DNA of 64,000 nt from a virus (taxonomy: Duplodnaviria > Heunggongvirae > Uroviricota > Caudoviricetes). The notes beneath the pieces are model-generated. The model was given only the letters and a program-made list of their open reading frames with translations. It was not told the origin of the DNA and did no database searches. Made by a program: the position numbers and the translations under genes. The DNA lies in the IMG/VR virus record IMGVR_UViG_3300020576_002722, positions 1 through 64,000 of that record; one strand, given 5' to 3'. Numbering within the stretch: the stretch's first letter is position 1; each line of letters begins with the position of its first letter. Positions 28,118 through 36,410 of the stretch are shown here, one piece after another.

Positions 28118-30618
28118 TGAAGAAACTGTTACTGATCCTGTCACTGCTGGTCACCTCACTGTGCCCCGCCCAATACCCGGCGCAGACCGCGTCGGTACCC
28201 ATCTCTGCGGTGGCCAACGTGAGTCCCGCCAAGATCACGTTGACGTGGACCGCGTTCTCCGGGACGACCGGGTTCACCCTGTACCGCAAGACCAAGGCGC
28301 AGACCACCTGGACCCAGATCGCTACCCCGGCCAGCAATGCCACTACGTATGAGGACGCCACCGCAGTGGTCGGCACCTATTACGAGTACAAGCTGGTACG
28401 AACGGCGTCGGCCGGTACGGGTTACGGTTACATCGCCGCCGGGATCACGCTTCCTGTGGTCGACAGCCGTGGCAAGATGGTTCTCCTGGTGGCCGACAAC
28501 ATGACCACGCCGTTGGCAACTCCGCTATCGCAGCTTGTCGCTGACCTTCGCGGTGACGGATGGGTGGTACTGAGGCACGACGTCAGCACGAGCGCGTCAC
28601 CAACCACGATCAAGGCCGTGATCCAGTCCGACTACAACGCGGATCCAACGAACGTGAAGGCGGTGTTCATCTTCGGGCACGTCCCGGTACCCTACTCCGG
28701 CAACATCAACCCGGACGGGCACGGCAACCACCAGGGCGCTTGGCCCTGCGACGGCTACTACGGTGACATGGATGGAGTGTGGACCGACAGCACGGTCAAC
28801 AACACGTCGTCCAGCGCTGACGGAACCAGGAACGACAATGTACCGGGTGACGGCAAGTTCGATCAGAGCAGCTACCCGAGCGCACTTGAACTCCAGGTGG
28901 GTCGCGTTGACCTGTACAACATGGAGTCGTTCTCGTTCTACGCTGGACTCAGCGAGACGCAGCTGCTGACCAACTACCTGACCAAGCTGCACAACTTCAA
29001 GATCAAGCAGTTCACTCCGACGTTCAGGGGTGGCGTGTTCGACAACTTCGAGGACGTGTCGCAGCCATTGCTAGCTGGCGGATACCGCAGTGTGTTCTCC
29101 AATGTGGGCCCATCCAATACCACCGACTGGAACGGTAACGGTTCACCGTACAGCTCCTACATCAACGGGCAGAGCTACCTGTGGACGGCGACCGCCGGCG
29201 GTGGACAGTTCACCAGCTCGCAGAACGTGACCAGCACAGGTGAGCTGGCTCAGTCGGTGGTCAACGGTGCCATCTTCAACCAGATGATCGGCAGCTACTT
29301 CGGCGACTGGGACTGCATGAACAACTTCCTCAGGGCACCCTTGTGCAGCGGCAACGGTCTCACCAACTGCTACAACGGGCTCCCGGCCTTCTTCTGGTTA
29401 CACCACATGGGCATGGGCGACAATATCGGGTACGGTACCCTGGTCTCCATGAACAACGTGGCCACTACTGGGACCTATCAGCCACAGGGACCAGCCTACC
29501 AGGGGGTGAGCGCCGGCAATAACCGGGTGAACATGGGCCTCATGGGGGACCCCAGCCTCCGCCAGATCTCCGTGGCACCACCTTCCAACCTGGCCATCAC
29601 CAACTCAGGAGGGTTCGCCTCGTGGTCTTGGACGGCGGCAAGCGGATCACCGCTCGGCTACCACGTATACGACCTGGGTACCGGATCTACTGCACCGGTG
29701 AGGCTTACGACGGATCCAGTGAATGCCACCAGCTGGAGCCCTGGCACCGTCCCTTTCGTCGCGGCCCGTCAGTACATGGTACGAGCGGTCGTCCTCACGA
29801 CCGGGGCCACCGGCACTTACTACAACATGTCCCTGGGGGCACTGGGGACATCGGCATCTACTCCGACCATCCTTGTCAGCCCGCGTGCATTCCTGGAGGG
29901 ACCATACGTCAGCGGCGTAGGCACAATGTCCGACGGGCTCCGCACCCTGTCCACGTTTCCCCTCAGCGATCCATATCCAGCGCTCGGCTACGTACACGTT
30001 GGGACCGGCGCTACTGGAACCATCAACGCTTCGGCTCTCACTGTTACCGGCAACAACGCCATCGTTGACTGGGTTGTCGTTGAGATACGATCCAACGCTT
30101 CCCCGTATGCTGTCGTTGCAAGCAAGAGTGTCCTCGTCCAGCGCGACGGTGACGTTGTGGATCGGGATGGTACCTCGGCGGTATCGTTCCAGGTCGCGGC
30201 GGCTACATATCGGGTTGCGGTGAGGCATCGGAACCACCTGGGTATCATGTCTGGTGCCGGTATCGCGCTCACCACGACGACCACTGCCGTCAACTTCACG
30301 TCGACCAACACATCGATGTATGGAACCAGCCCGCGCAAGCAGATCATTGGATCATTCACCACCTGGGTCATGTACGCCGGCGATGTGAACTTCAACCGCC
30401 AGATCAAGTACGTGGGATCGGCCAACGACAACGACCCGATCCTCGTGGCCGTGGGTGGAACCACACCGAACAACACGATCACCAACACGTACAGCGGTGC
30501 CGACACGAACATGGACGGCCTGATCAAGTACACGGGCAGCCTGAACGATCGCGACATCGTCCTGGTGAACGTTGGCGGAACGACACCGAACGCAGTGCGT
30601 AACGCGCAGTTACCGTAA
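28114..30618 (+). CDS. Large secreted multidomain protein: signal peptide, FN3-like domain, His/Cys-containing central domain, two C-terminal dockerin-like repeats (834 aa)
   Basis: MMKKLLLILSLLVTSLCPAQ signal. FN3-like PAKITLTWTAFSGTTGFTLYRKTK...YEYKLV. GHVPVPYSGNINPDGHGNHQGAWPCDGYYGD. Paired ~40-aa repeats GDVNFNRQIKYVGSANDNDPILVAVGGTTPN and GADTNMDGLIKYTGSLNDRDIVLVNVGGTTPN. Confidence 0.65.
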   Translation: MMKKLLLILSLLVTSLCPAQYPAQTASVPISAVANVSPAKITLTWTAFSGTTGFTLYRKTKAQTTWTQIATPASNATTYEDATAVVGTYYEYKLVRTASAGTGYGYIAAGITLPVVDSRGKMVLLVADNMTTPLATPLSQLVADLRGDGWVVLRHDVSTSASPTTIKAVIQSDYNADPTNVKAVFIFGHVPVPYSGNINPDGHGNHQGAWPCDGYYGDMDGVWTDSTVNNTSSSADGTRNDNVPGDGKFDQSSYPSALELQVGRVDLYNMESFSFYAGLSETQLLTNYLTKLHNFKIKQFTPTFRGGVFDNFEDVSQPLLAGGYRSVFSNVGPSNTTDWNGNGSPYSSYINGQSYLWTATAGGGQFTSSQNVTSTGELAQSVVNGAIFNQMIGSYFGDWDCMNNFLRAPLCSGNGLTNCYNGLPAFFWLHHMGMGDNIGYGTLVSMNNVATTGTYQPQGPAYQGVSAGNNRVNMGLMGDPSLRQISVAPPSNLAITNSGGFASWSWTAASGSPLGYHVYDLGTGSTAPVRLTTDPVNATSWSPGTVPFVAARQYMVRAVVLTTGATGTYYNMSLGALGTSASTPTILVSPRAFLEGPYVSGVGTMSDGLRTLSTFPLSDPYPALGYVHVGTGATGTINASALTVTGNNAIVDWVVVEIRSNASPYAVVASKSVLVQRDGDVVDRDGTSAVSFQVAAATYRVAVRHRNHLGIMSGAGIALTTTTTAVNFTSTNTSMYGTSPRKQIIGSFTTWVMYAGDVNFNRQIKYVGSANDNDPILVAVGGTTPNNTITNTYSGADTNMDGLIKYTGSLNDRDIVLVNVGGTTPNAVRNAQLP

Positions 30619-30643
30619 CCAGATAGGAGGCCGGTCAATGAAA

Positions 30644-30682
30644 GGGGCTAAGGAGGTTGCACTCCGAGGCCCCTTTCGATTT
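30644..30682 (+). terminator. Rho-independent terminator
   Basis: GGGGC-(20 nt)-GCCCC followed by TTTCGATTT, directly after the 834-aa gene. Confidence 0.6.
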
Positions 30683-30709
30683 ACCTGGAATACGTATCTT
30701 TGATTCCAA

Positions 30710-31105
30710 ATGGATATCAACTGTACTAAGTGTGGTTCCCTGATCAGGGCCGACAACAGAAGGTCAAAGAGTCGCTGGTGCAAGGAGTGTCACAAGGAGT
30801 ACGACAGAGCCAGGTATGCGCAGAACGCAGACTCAAGAAAGGCAGCGATCAAGGCACAACGCATATCTGTTCAAGAGTTTGTAGACGAGATCAAGAGAAC
30901 GTCTCCATGCACTGACTGCGGGGGATATTTTCATCCGGCCGTAATGGAATACGATCATCTGCCAGGAAGCAAGAAGACGGAGACTCCGTCAAACCTTGCC
31001 AGGACAGGAAGGAAGAACAGGTTCATTGAAGAGATCAAGGGGTGCGAACTGGTGTGCGCAAACTGCCACAGGATGAGGACCGTTCTACGCAGGAGGAAGC
31101 GCTAG
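30710..31105 (+). CDS. HNH endonuclease (131 aa)
   Basis: CxxC...CxxC zinc knuckles (CTKCG, CKEC, CTDCG). HNH core EYDHLPGSKK...CANCHRMRT. Sits in a low-GC island. Confidence 0.7.
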   Translation: MDINCTKCGSLIRADNRRSKSRWCKECHKEYDRARYAQNADSRKAAIKAQRISVQEFVDEIKRTSPCTDCGGYFHPAVMEYDHLPGSKKTETPSNLARTGRKNRFIEEIKGCELVCANCHRMRTVLRRRKR

Positions 31106-31581
31106 AGCTTCAGTCCGGCCAGGTCGAAGATACCGATGCACTCCAGTAGCATCTGGTGCCCTCTGGTAGTGAGCGAGCAGTCGGACACGTCGCCGTTGTG
31201 CTCGATGAATCCTTCGCGATCGAGCATGGCCAGGATCGTATCCAGGTGGCCGGATGGGAACATCCTTCGGAGCACGCCGTCCCACTTGATCCAGTGACAG
31301 AACCCCTGCTGGGGGTCGTCGCGCTCGTCGATGATGTAGAGGGCTGACGCGATGTGCGACAGGACTACCATAGAGGAGTCGCCGGCCGCCATACCCATCA
31401 GCCTGATCATGGCCAGCGGCTCATTGATGAACTGGTCAGACTCGTTGCCGTACAGCTCGATCTGTTCAGACAAGGTCCACAGGTCCGGATAGAGCGGATG
31501 CGGGATGATCAGCGGCTGCGACTCGATCTCTATGATGTTGAGCTGGTCCTCAAGCAGGGATACGGTATCTGACATGGCCAT
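31102..31581 (-). CDS. Hypothetical protein (159 aa)
   Basis: First gene of the long minus-strand block. ORF only. Confidence 0.45.
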   Translation of the reverse strand: MAMSDTVSLLEDQLNIIEIESQPLIIPHPLYPDLWTLSEQIELYGNESDQFINEPLAMIRLMGMAAGDSSMVVLSHIASALYIIDERDDPQQGFCHWIKWDGVLRRMFPSGHLDTILAMLDREGFIEHNGDVSDCSLTTRGHQMLLECIGIFDLAGLKL

Positions 31582-31606
31582 CTATTCGATACAGCTAAGG
31601 TACGGA

Positions 31607-31990
31607 TCAGCGCCCGGATCGAGGGTAGAAGACCCCTTTCATGTAGTCGTTCACGTCTGTCATGAACTCCTCTAGGGAGCGGCATTCATAGACTATCCAT
31701 CCAGCCTCTGAGAACCTGATCTGCATCTCTTTCTGTGACTCGGATAGCTTGCCTTTGTCAGACTTCATCTCGATGGCCATGCCGCAGACGTGCGTATCTC
31801 CATACGTCCTGGGATGGCACACCAGGATATCAGGGACTCCGGCCAGTACCCCCATGTCCTTCCACAATTTCCCCATGTGTGGACTCCCGGCATCTCTGCC
31901 ATTGGGAGGGTGGAACGCCAGGACGTTAGGGTACTGTAACCGGAGCCACTTGATACACGCCTTCTGGAGCGCTTGTTCTGGACGCTTCAT
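31607..31990 (-). CDS. VRR-NUC domain nuclease (127 aa)
   Basis: Start refined to MKRPEQALQK (ATGA overlap with the RNA ligase stop). AIEMKSDKGKLSESQKEM and VLAGVPDILVCHP fit the PD-(D/E)xK VRR-NUC fold. Confidence 0.6.
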   Translation of the reverse strand: MKRPEQALQKACIKWLRLQYPNVLAFHPPNGRDAGSPHMGKLWKDMGVLAGVPDILVCHPRTYGDTHVCGMAIEMKSDKGKLSESQKEMQIRFSEAGWIVYECRSLEEFMTDVNDYMKGVFYPRSGR

Positions 31991-33063
31991 TCCTCGTACT
32001 TGAGAAGGAACTGAGGATTGATCGCCTTGAACGATATGCGTCCACGGGTCACCGTCTTGCCGGTGATGAAGGTCTCGGTCATCTCTTCCAGGCTGCGCAC
32101 CACGATCCCCTCGGCCCATACGTCGGGGTTGATGGCGCTCTTGCGGGTGGCGAAACCAACCAGCTCGTCAACACTGAGGGCACCAAGGGTGAGGCAGTCG
32201 ATGTACGGGACCATCTTCAGGTCCATCGATCCGAATGCGACTGCGGCATCGCTAGGCAGGTACGGCTTGCCGGCATCGATGTCGAACACGTTGAAGAAGA
32301 GAACCTTGCGGCCGGTCAGCTTGTACTTGTTGCCCTGGATCCCTTCGCCGATCAGCTCGCCCTGGATGGCGATGTTCTTGCCGTAGTCGCGGAGCTTCTG
32401 CTCGACGTTCATCTCTCGGGCGTACTGCCAGAACGCATTCCTTTCGTCCTCCTTCAGCTCCAGGTTGCGCGAGCAGACCCCGAACTCCCCGTTGTACAGG
32501 TAGAAGGTAGCGCTGCTGCCGTCCATCTTCTCGCGGATCTCCACCTGCGCTGCGGCGTACTTGTCCAGGATGCCTGGCATGTTCTGGATCCGCTCCTCGT
32601 CCGTCTTGTGGATGAAGGATGGGAAGTAGCCGCGCACGGTACCGCCCAGGCAGGCCGGGATGGCGGGCTCGTACTTGATGATGCCGAGCAGCTCTGTCAC
32701 ATCGTACCCTTCTGCTGACAAGCCCAAGGCTGCGAACAGCTCGTGCTCGGCCGTGATAACATCGGCAAGGATCGACACCGGCATCATCAGGCCCTGGGAT
32801 ACCTGTCCCTTGAGTTTGATGGTGCGCACACGCATGTGGCGTGGCTTCATGAACTCGAACTCTGGTCGGTCAGGAAGGATGCTGTCCGGCTCTATGAATA
32901 CGATCGAATCGCCAATTCTGTGTCCGGCATCGTTCCTGATCACGCACTTCCACCCCAATACGCTGGCTACGGACACTTCGTCGGCTCCGGGTATTGGCTG
33001 GATGTCAGAGATCGTCTGTATGCTTGCAAGTTTTCTGCTCATGATTTTGTGTTTGAGAGCCAT
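31987..33063 (-). CDS. ATP-dependent RNA ligase, DraRnl/Rnl5-like (358 aa)
   Basis: N-terminal MSRKLASIQTISDIQPIPGADEVSVASVLGWKCVI OB-like module and KMDGSSATFY nucleotidyltransferase motif I (KxDG). Confidence 0.65.
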   Translation of the reverse strand: MALKHKIMSRKLASIQTISDIQPIPGADEVSVASVLGWKCVIRNDAGHRIGDSIVFIEPDSILPDRPEFEFMKPRHMRVRTIKLKGQVSQGLMMPVSILADVITAEHELFAALGLSAEGYDVTELLGIIKYEPAIPACLGGTVRGYFPSFIHKTDEERIQNMPGILDKYAAAQVEIREKMDGSSATFYLYNGEFGVCSRNLELKEDERNAFWQYAREMNVEQKLRDYGKNIAIQGELIGEGIQGNKYKLTGRKVLFFNVFDIDAGKPYLPSDAAVAFGSMDLKMVPYIDCLTLGALSVDELVGFATRKSAINPDVWAEGIVVRSLEEMTETFITGKTVTRGRISFKAINPQFLLKYEE

Positions 33064-33458
33064 TCGATCGCTGATCGTAGGCGGTTAACGTCATCTTTCA
33101 AGTGGCCTATTCCCTTATTACAGGCAGAGCACAGGAGTCCCCTGACCCTACCGGTCTTGTGGTCGTGATCTACTGTCACTGTATCCATTGCTTGACCCTT
33201 GGTCTTTGTGGGCATCTTCATCTTGCACTTGCATATACCACACTCTCCGCGAAACGCCATCCACATGGCGTCAAACTCGCCCGGATCAAGCCCATACTTC
33301 TTGCTCAGGTGCCAGTTCCTGCGATATATGGATATGTCTGCATGTATGCGTCTATGCGATCCATTGCATTTGTAACAACGGACTGACTTATTTCCAGCCG
33401 TACCGGTTCCGCAGTCAATGCAGTGGCCTCTGATCCTACGCGTCTTGACTAACTCCAT
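33039..33458 (-). CDS. Endonuclease VII-like Holliday-junction resolvase (139 aa)
   Basis: GECGICKCKM...VTVDHDHKTGRVRGLLCSACNKGIGH matches the T4 endonuclease VII family signature. Low-GC island. Confidence 0.75.
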   Translation of the reverse strand: MELVKTRRIRGHCIDCGTGTAGNKSVRCYKCNGSHRRIHADISIYRRNWHLSKKYGLDPGEFDAMWMAFRGECGICKCKMKMPTKTKGQAMDTVTVDHDHKTGRVRGLLCSACNKGIGHLKDDVNRLRSAIEWLSNTKS

Positions 33459-33906
33459 TTGCTTCGTTGCGTAATGTATCCCTTCTCATGAACATGATGA
33501 TCCACGACTCCTGATCACCGTGCTTGCCAGATTCAAGATCCTCCCGGTTATTGTCATGCCAAGACTGGTGACAATGGCCGCAAACGATGCGGATATTCCG
33601 AGGATCCGTCTTGTAGTTCCTATACGTTCCCCTCTCAAGGAGGTGGGAGAAGTTGATCGGCTGCGGTGGATCGGATATTGGAATGCCGCATACCTCACAG
33701 CAGTGTTCCCGTAGGCCAAGATCATCACCGGTCTCCCAGATCTCCAGGGCTGCTTTCCACCAGCCCTTGTTTGATGGTGCCCTCTTCCGAAGTGGCTTCC
33801 TCTTGCTCTCCAGCTTCGACGCCTTCGTCACCAGGCCCCTCTTCATCATCTCCGTCAACGATGGCTTGGTGAACGGCTTCCTTGCGAGCTGCTTTTTCCT
33901 GAGCAT
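33436..33906 (-). CDS. HNH endonuclease (up to 156 aa; true start uncertain)
   Basis: CCEVCG...IVCGHCHQSWH HNH core. The N-terminal ~60 aa overlap the upstream gene out of frame. Confidence 0.55.
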   Translation of the reverse strand: MLRKKQLARKPFTKPSLTEMMKRGLVTKASKLESKRKPLRKRAPSNKGWWKAALEIWETGDDLGLREHCCEVCGIPISDPPQPINFSHLLERGTYRNYKTDPRNIRIVCGHCHQSWHDNNREDLESGKHGDQESWIIMFMRRDTLRNEANGVSQDA

Positions 33907-34183
33907 TGGTGGTGAGTTCGTTGAACAGTGTGTCGGCGGACTCCTGGTCCATGCGGATCCAGGCGATCTGGCCGACCATCTCGTTGGACCAGAGCCGTTC
34001 GCCGGCCGGGATCACGTTGCCTGCGATTGTTCCGCCTTTGTCGCGGTGGATGTAGCCAACCTCGAAGGCTACCTGCCTTCCCTTGTCGCGCTGGATGAAC
34101 ATGGCGACATGCTCGTTGCGCTTGACCAGGTCGTAGTCGTACCCGTTCTTGCGGTAGTGTTCCTTGAGTGGGTTCATGATCAT
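33725..34183 (-). CDS. Hypothetical protein (152 aa) with acidic low-complexity C-terminus
   Basis: Protein-like N-terminal 90 aa. The C-terminal EEGPGDEGVEAGEQEEATSEE tail overlaps the HNH gene by 180 nt in another frame. Confidence 0.45.
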   Translation of the reverse strand: MIMNPLKEHYRKNGYDYDLVKRNEHVAMFIQRDKGRQVAFEVGYIHRDKGGTIAGNVIPAGERLWSNEMVGQIAWIRMDQESADTLFNELTTNAQEKAARKEAVHQAIVDGDDEEGPGDEGVEAGEQEEATSEEGTIKQGLVESSPGDLGDR

Positions 34184-34488
34184 GCGTCTACGAGTTGAAG
34201 TTCATCTTCGTTCACTGTGTCCTTGTCGAGTACCTTGTCGGTGGGCGCGAACAGCTGCTCCAGGATCCAGGTCTGCGGATCATTGTGCCGCTCCATGCCG
34301 CAGATACATCGGCCGGCCGGCCTCATTCCTGGTGGCACCTGTTGTGTCACGCCGACATCAACGGACATCGTGCCGCAGTTGAGGCATCTGGTCTGGTCGA
34401 TCACATGGTAGTGTTTGCCTACCTGTACCAGGTTCTGGGAGTGCCGCTTGATGCAGACCACCTCCGATCCGATGTGTATCCCGCTCAT
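34180..34488 (-). CDS. Zinc-ribbon hypothetical protein (102 aa)
   Basis: ATGA overlap with the next gene. CLNCG...CICG cysteine pairs. Confidence 0.45.
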   Translation of the reverse strand: MSGIHIGSEVVCIKRHSQNLVQVGKHYHVIDQTRCLNCGTMSVDVGVTQQVPPGMRPAGRCICGMERHNDPQTWILEQLFAPTDKVLDKDTVNEDELQLVDA

Positions 34489-34661
34489 AGCACAGACAGT
34501 ACTGGTGACAGTATTGCGGCGATGATCGCGATCATGATCACCCTGGCTACAAGCGACACGACGACGGGCTTATCGGCGTGCGATCTCCTTGCCCTCCTGG
34601 CATCCGATGCACCATGATGTACCTTGATGGATGCGTGCCTGGTAACGTTGTTCGTCTTCAT
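34485..34661 (-). CDS. Small predicted membrane protein (58 aa), not in the ORF track
   Basis: Found through an ATGA overlap with the 34488 start. Hydrophobic VVVSLVARVIMIAIIAAILSPVLSVL. Confidence 0.3.
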   Translation of the reverse strand: MKTNNVTRHASIKVHHGASDARRARRSHADKPVVVSLVARVIMIAIIAAILSPVLSVL

Positions 34662-34673
34662 GAGGCTGCAATG

Positions 34674-35057
34674 TTACTCACCGTTAGGGTTCCATCCAAG
34701 TCCTTGTGACGGAACGTTGGGCTTAGGCTCCTCGTCCGGGAACAAGCCTGGGATCTCGGGTGGCTTCTGCATGGTCGGCTGCCTCTTGATAGACTTCTTC
34801 CGGTCGATCATGTCGCACGCCTCTTGGATGGTGATCGGGTCTCCGCTGGCCGACCTGCACACGATGCGCTTGATTCCGCTCTCTGTGCCGACGACCTGCT
34901 TCCTGCCGGCCTTCTTGTCGTTCTCGTCACGGGGTACCTCGTCCCGGCCCGTGGTCCTCCACGCCTCGAACGACCCGTCAGGGTGCCGGTACACCGCGTA
35001 CCCGTTCCAGTGCATCACGTACTCAGGCTGACTTGGTGGGATCGATAATTGGTTCAT
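34674..35057 (-). CDS. Hypothetical protein (127 aa)
   Basis: ORF only. Confidence 0.45.
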   Translation of the reverse strand: MNQLSIPPSQPEYVMHWNGYAVYRHPDGSFEAWRTTGRDEVPRDENDKKAGRKQVVGTESGIKRIVCRSASGDPITIQEACDMIDRKKSIKRQPTMQKPPEIPGLFPDEEPKPNVPSQGLGWNPNGE

Positions 35058-35244
35058 TGATGAAGTGGTCTTTTGCTGTGTTGACTGCGCTTACGAACAG
35101 GGTGGCCTCGTGCAGTGATCGGCCAGGCATCACCTTGACGTTGAACTTCTTCTTGGCCAGGATGTACTGCTCGATCAGCCAGATGCCTTCCGGGATGGAT
35201 GTCTCGGCCTTGTGCGCCATCTCCTTGGCCATGAAGTTGGTCAT
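35023..35244 (-). CDS. Small hypothetical protein (73 aa)
   Basis: Start refined to MTNFMAKE, giving an ATGA overlap with the primase-like gene stop. Confidence 0.35.
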   Translation of the reverse strand: MTNFMAKEMAHKAETSIPEGIWLIEQYILAKKKFNVKVMPGRSLHEATLFVSAVNTAKDHFINEPIIDPTKSA

Positions 35245-36410
35245 GATATGGTGATGTTGTTGACGTCCAGGTCCAGTTCCTTGATCATGTGATCGATGGC
35301 TGGATTGATCTCGATCAGCTTGTCGATGGCCGGTATCCCGCAATTATCCCCCACATTCTGCGGGATGAGCGTGGGCTTGATCATCTCCTTGGCCTCTGGC
35401 GTCACCTCGATCCCTTCCATCTCACCCTTGAGGATGAGCGTCGGAGTGCCACTATTTGGCTTCGGGTCCTCGAACTCGTCATCGATGGCGTGGCCCTCGA
35501 TCAGAAGGTCAGCAATGTCGATCCCGATCTCGCGCTCGGCGTCACTGGCCACCGTCTCCACGTAGGAGCTGACGTGCATCGACAGGAACAGTGGCTCATA
35601 CTGGTCGGCCAGCTTGTTCCACTCGACGAACCCCTTGCCGGCGTCCGGGAAGATGTACACCCTGCGCCCGTTGAGCGGAAGCATCTTGCGTCCCGACATG
35701 TTTCCGCTGCCGCCCGTGGCTACCCATACGATGTCCGGGTAGAAGAAGCGACCGACCAGTGCGGTCTTCTCGCTCTCTACCAGGGCCACCTTGGCGTCGG
35801 GGTACGCGGCCAACAGGTGCTCACCGAAGAGGCATTGGATAGCCCCGATCTCGCTCCCCTTCTTGCCAGTGATGATGCGGCTGATCCAGGTAGGGGTCAC
35901 ATCCTTGTCCCGGCGGAACCCCTTGTACTGCATCAGCTTGCCGTTGAGCAGTTCGCCTTTGGCATTGAACTGCCAGAACACGGTGGCGTTCTCCCACTTC
36001 TCGCTGCCCTTGATCTTGGGGAAGGTGCCGACACAGTACTCGGACCAGATGGGCTCGATCGCCTCTCCGAACTTCGCCCGCAGATCCCTCCACAGGGGGT
36101 TCATCCCGTGGCTGCGGGTCTTCTCGTACTTACCAGCCGGCACCCTCCAGTCGTCGCGCACCGGCTCCGGTGGCGGCAGAGGCTTCCGTTCAACCTGGCC
36201 GAAGCCACCCTTCGATCTTATGTAGTCCATCGCTGTGTACAGGTATCCGCAACTGTTCTCCCGATCGCACACACCCACCTCTTCGGGAAGAAGCTCTCCA
36301 GACACCGTGTCCATGTACCGGCGGAACCTCTTTCGACCACACTGTGGACACTGGGTCTTCTCTGTTCCGTGGGCCAGTCGGTAGCGTGCGGCCGGGTTCT
36401 TCAGACTCAT
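35241..36410 (-). CDS. Primase-like protein with N-terminal zinc finger and TOPRIM-like core (389 aa)
   Basis: Start refined to MSLKNPAARYR (ATGA overlap with the dnaB stop). CPQCGRKRF zinc ribbon. ALVESEKTALVGRF...VWVATGGSGNMSG...IFPDAGKG acidic motifs. Adjacent to the helicase. Confidence 0.55.
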   Translation of the reverse strand: MSLKNPAARYRLAHGTEKTQCPQCGRKRFRRYMDTVSGELLPEEVGVCDRENSCGYLYTAMDYIRSKGGFGQVERKPLPPPEPVRDDWRVPAGKYEKTRSHGMNPLWRDLRAKFGEAIEPIWSEYCVGTFPKIKGSEKWENATVFWQFNAKGELLNGKLMQYKGFRRDKDVTPTWISRIITGKKGSEIGAIQCLFGEHLLAAYPDAKVALVESEKTALVGRFFYPDIVWVATGGSGNMSGRKMLPLNGRRVYIFPDAGKGFVEWNKLADQYEPLFLSMHVSSYVETVASDAEREIGIDIADLLIEGHAIDDEFEDPKPNSGTPTLILKGEMEGIEVTPEAKEMIKPTLIPQNVGDNCGIPAIDKLIEINPAIDHMIKELDLDVNNITIS

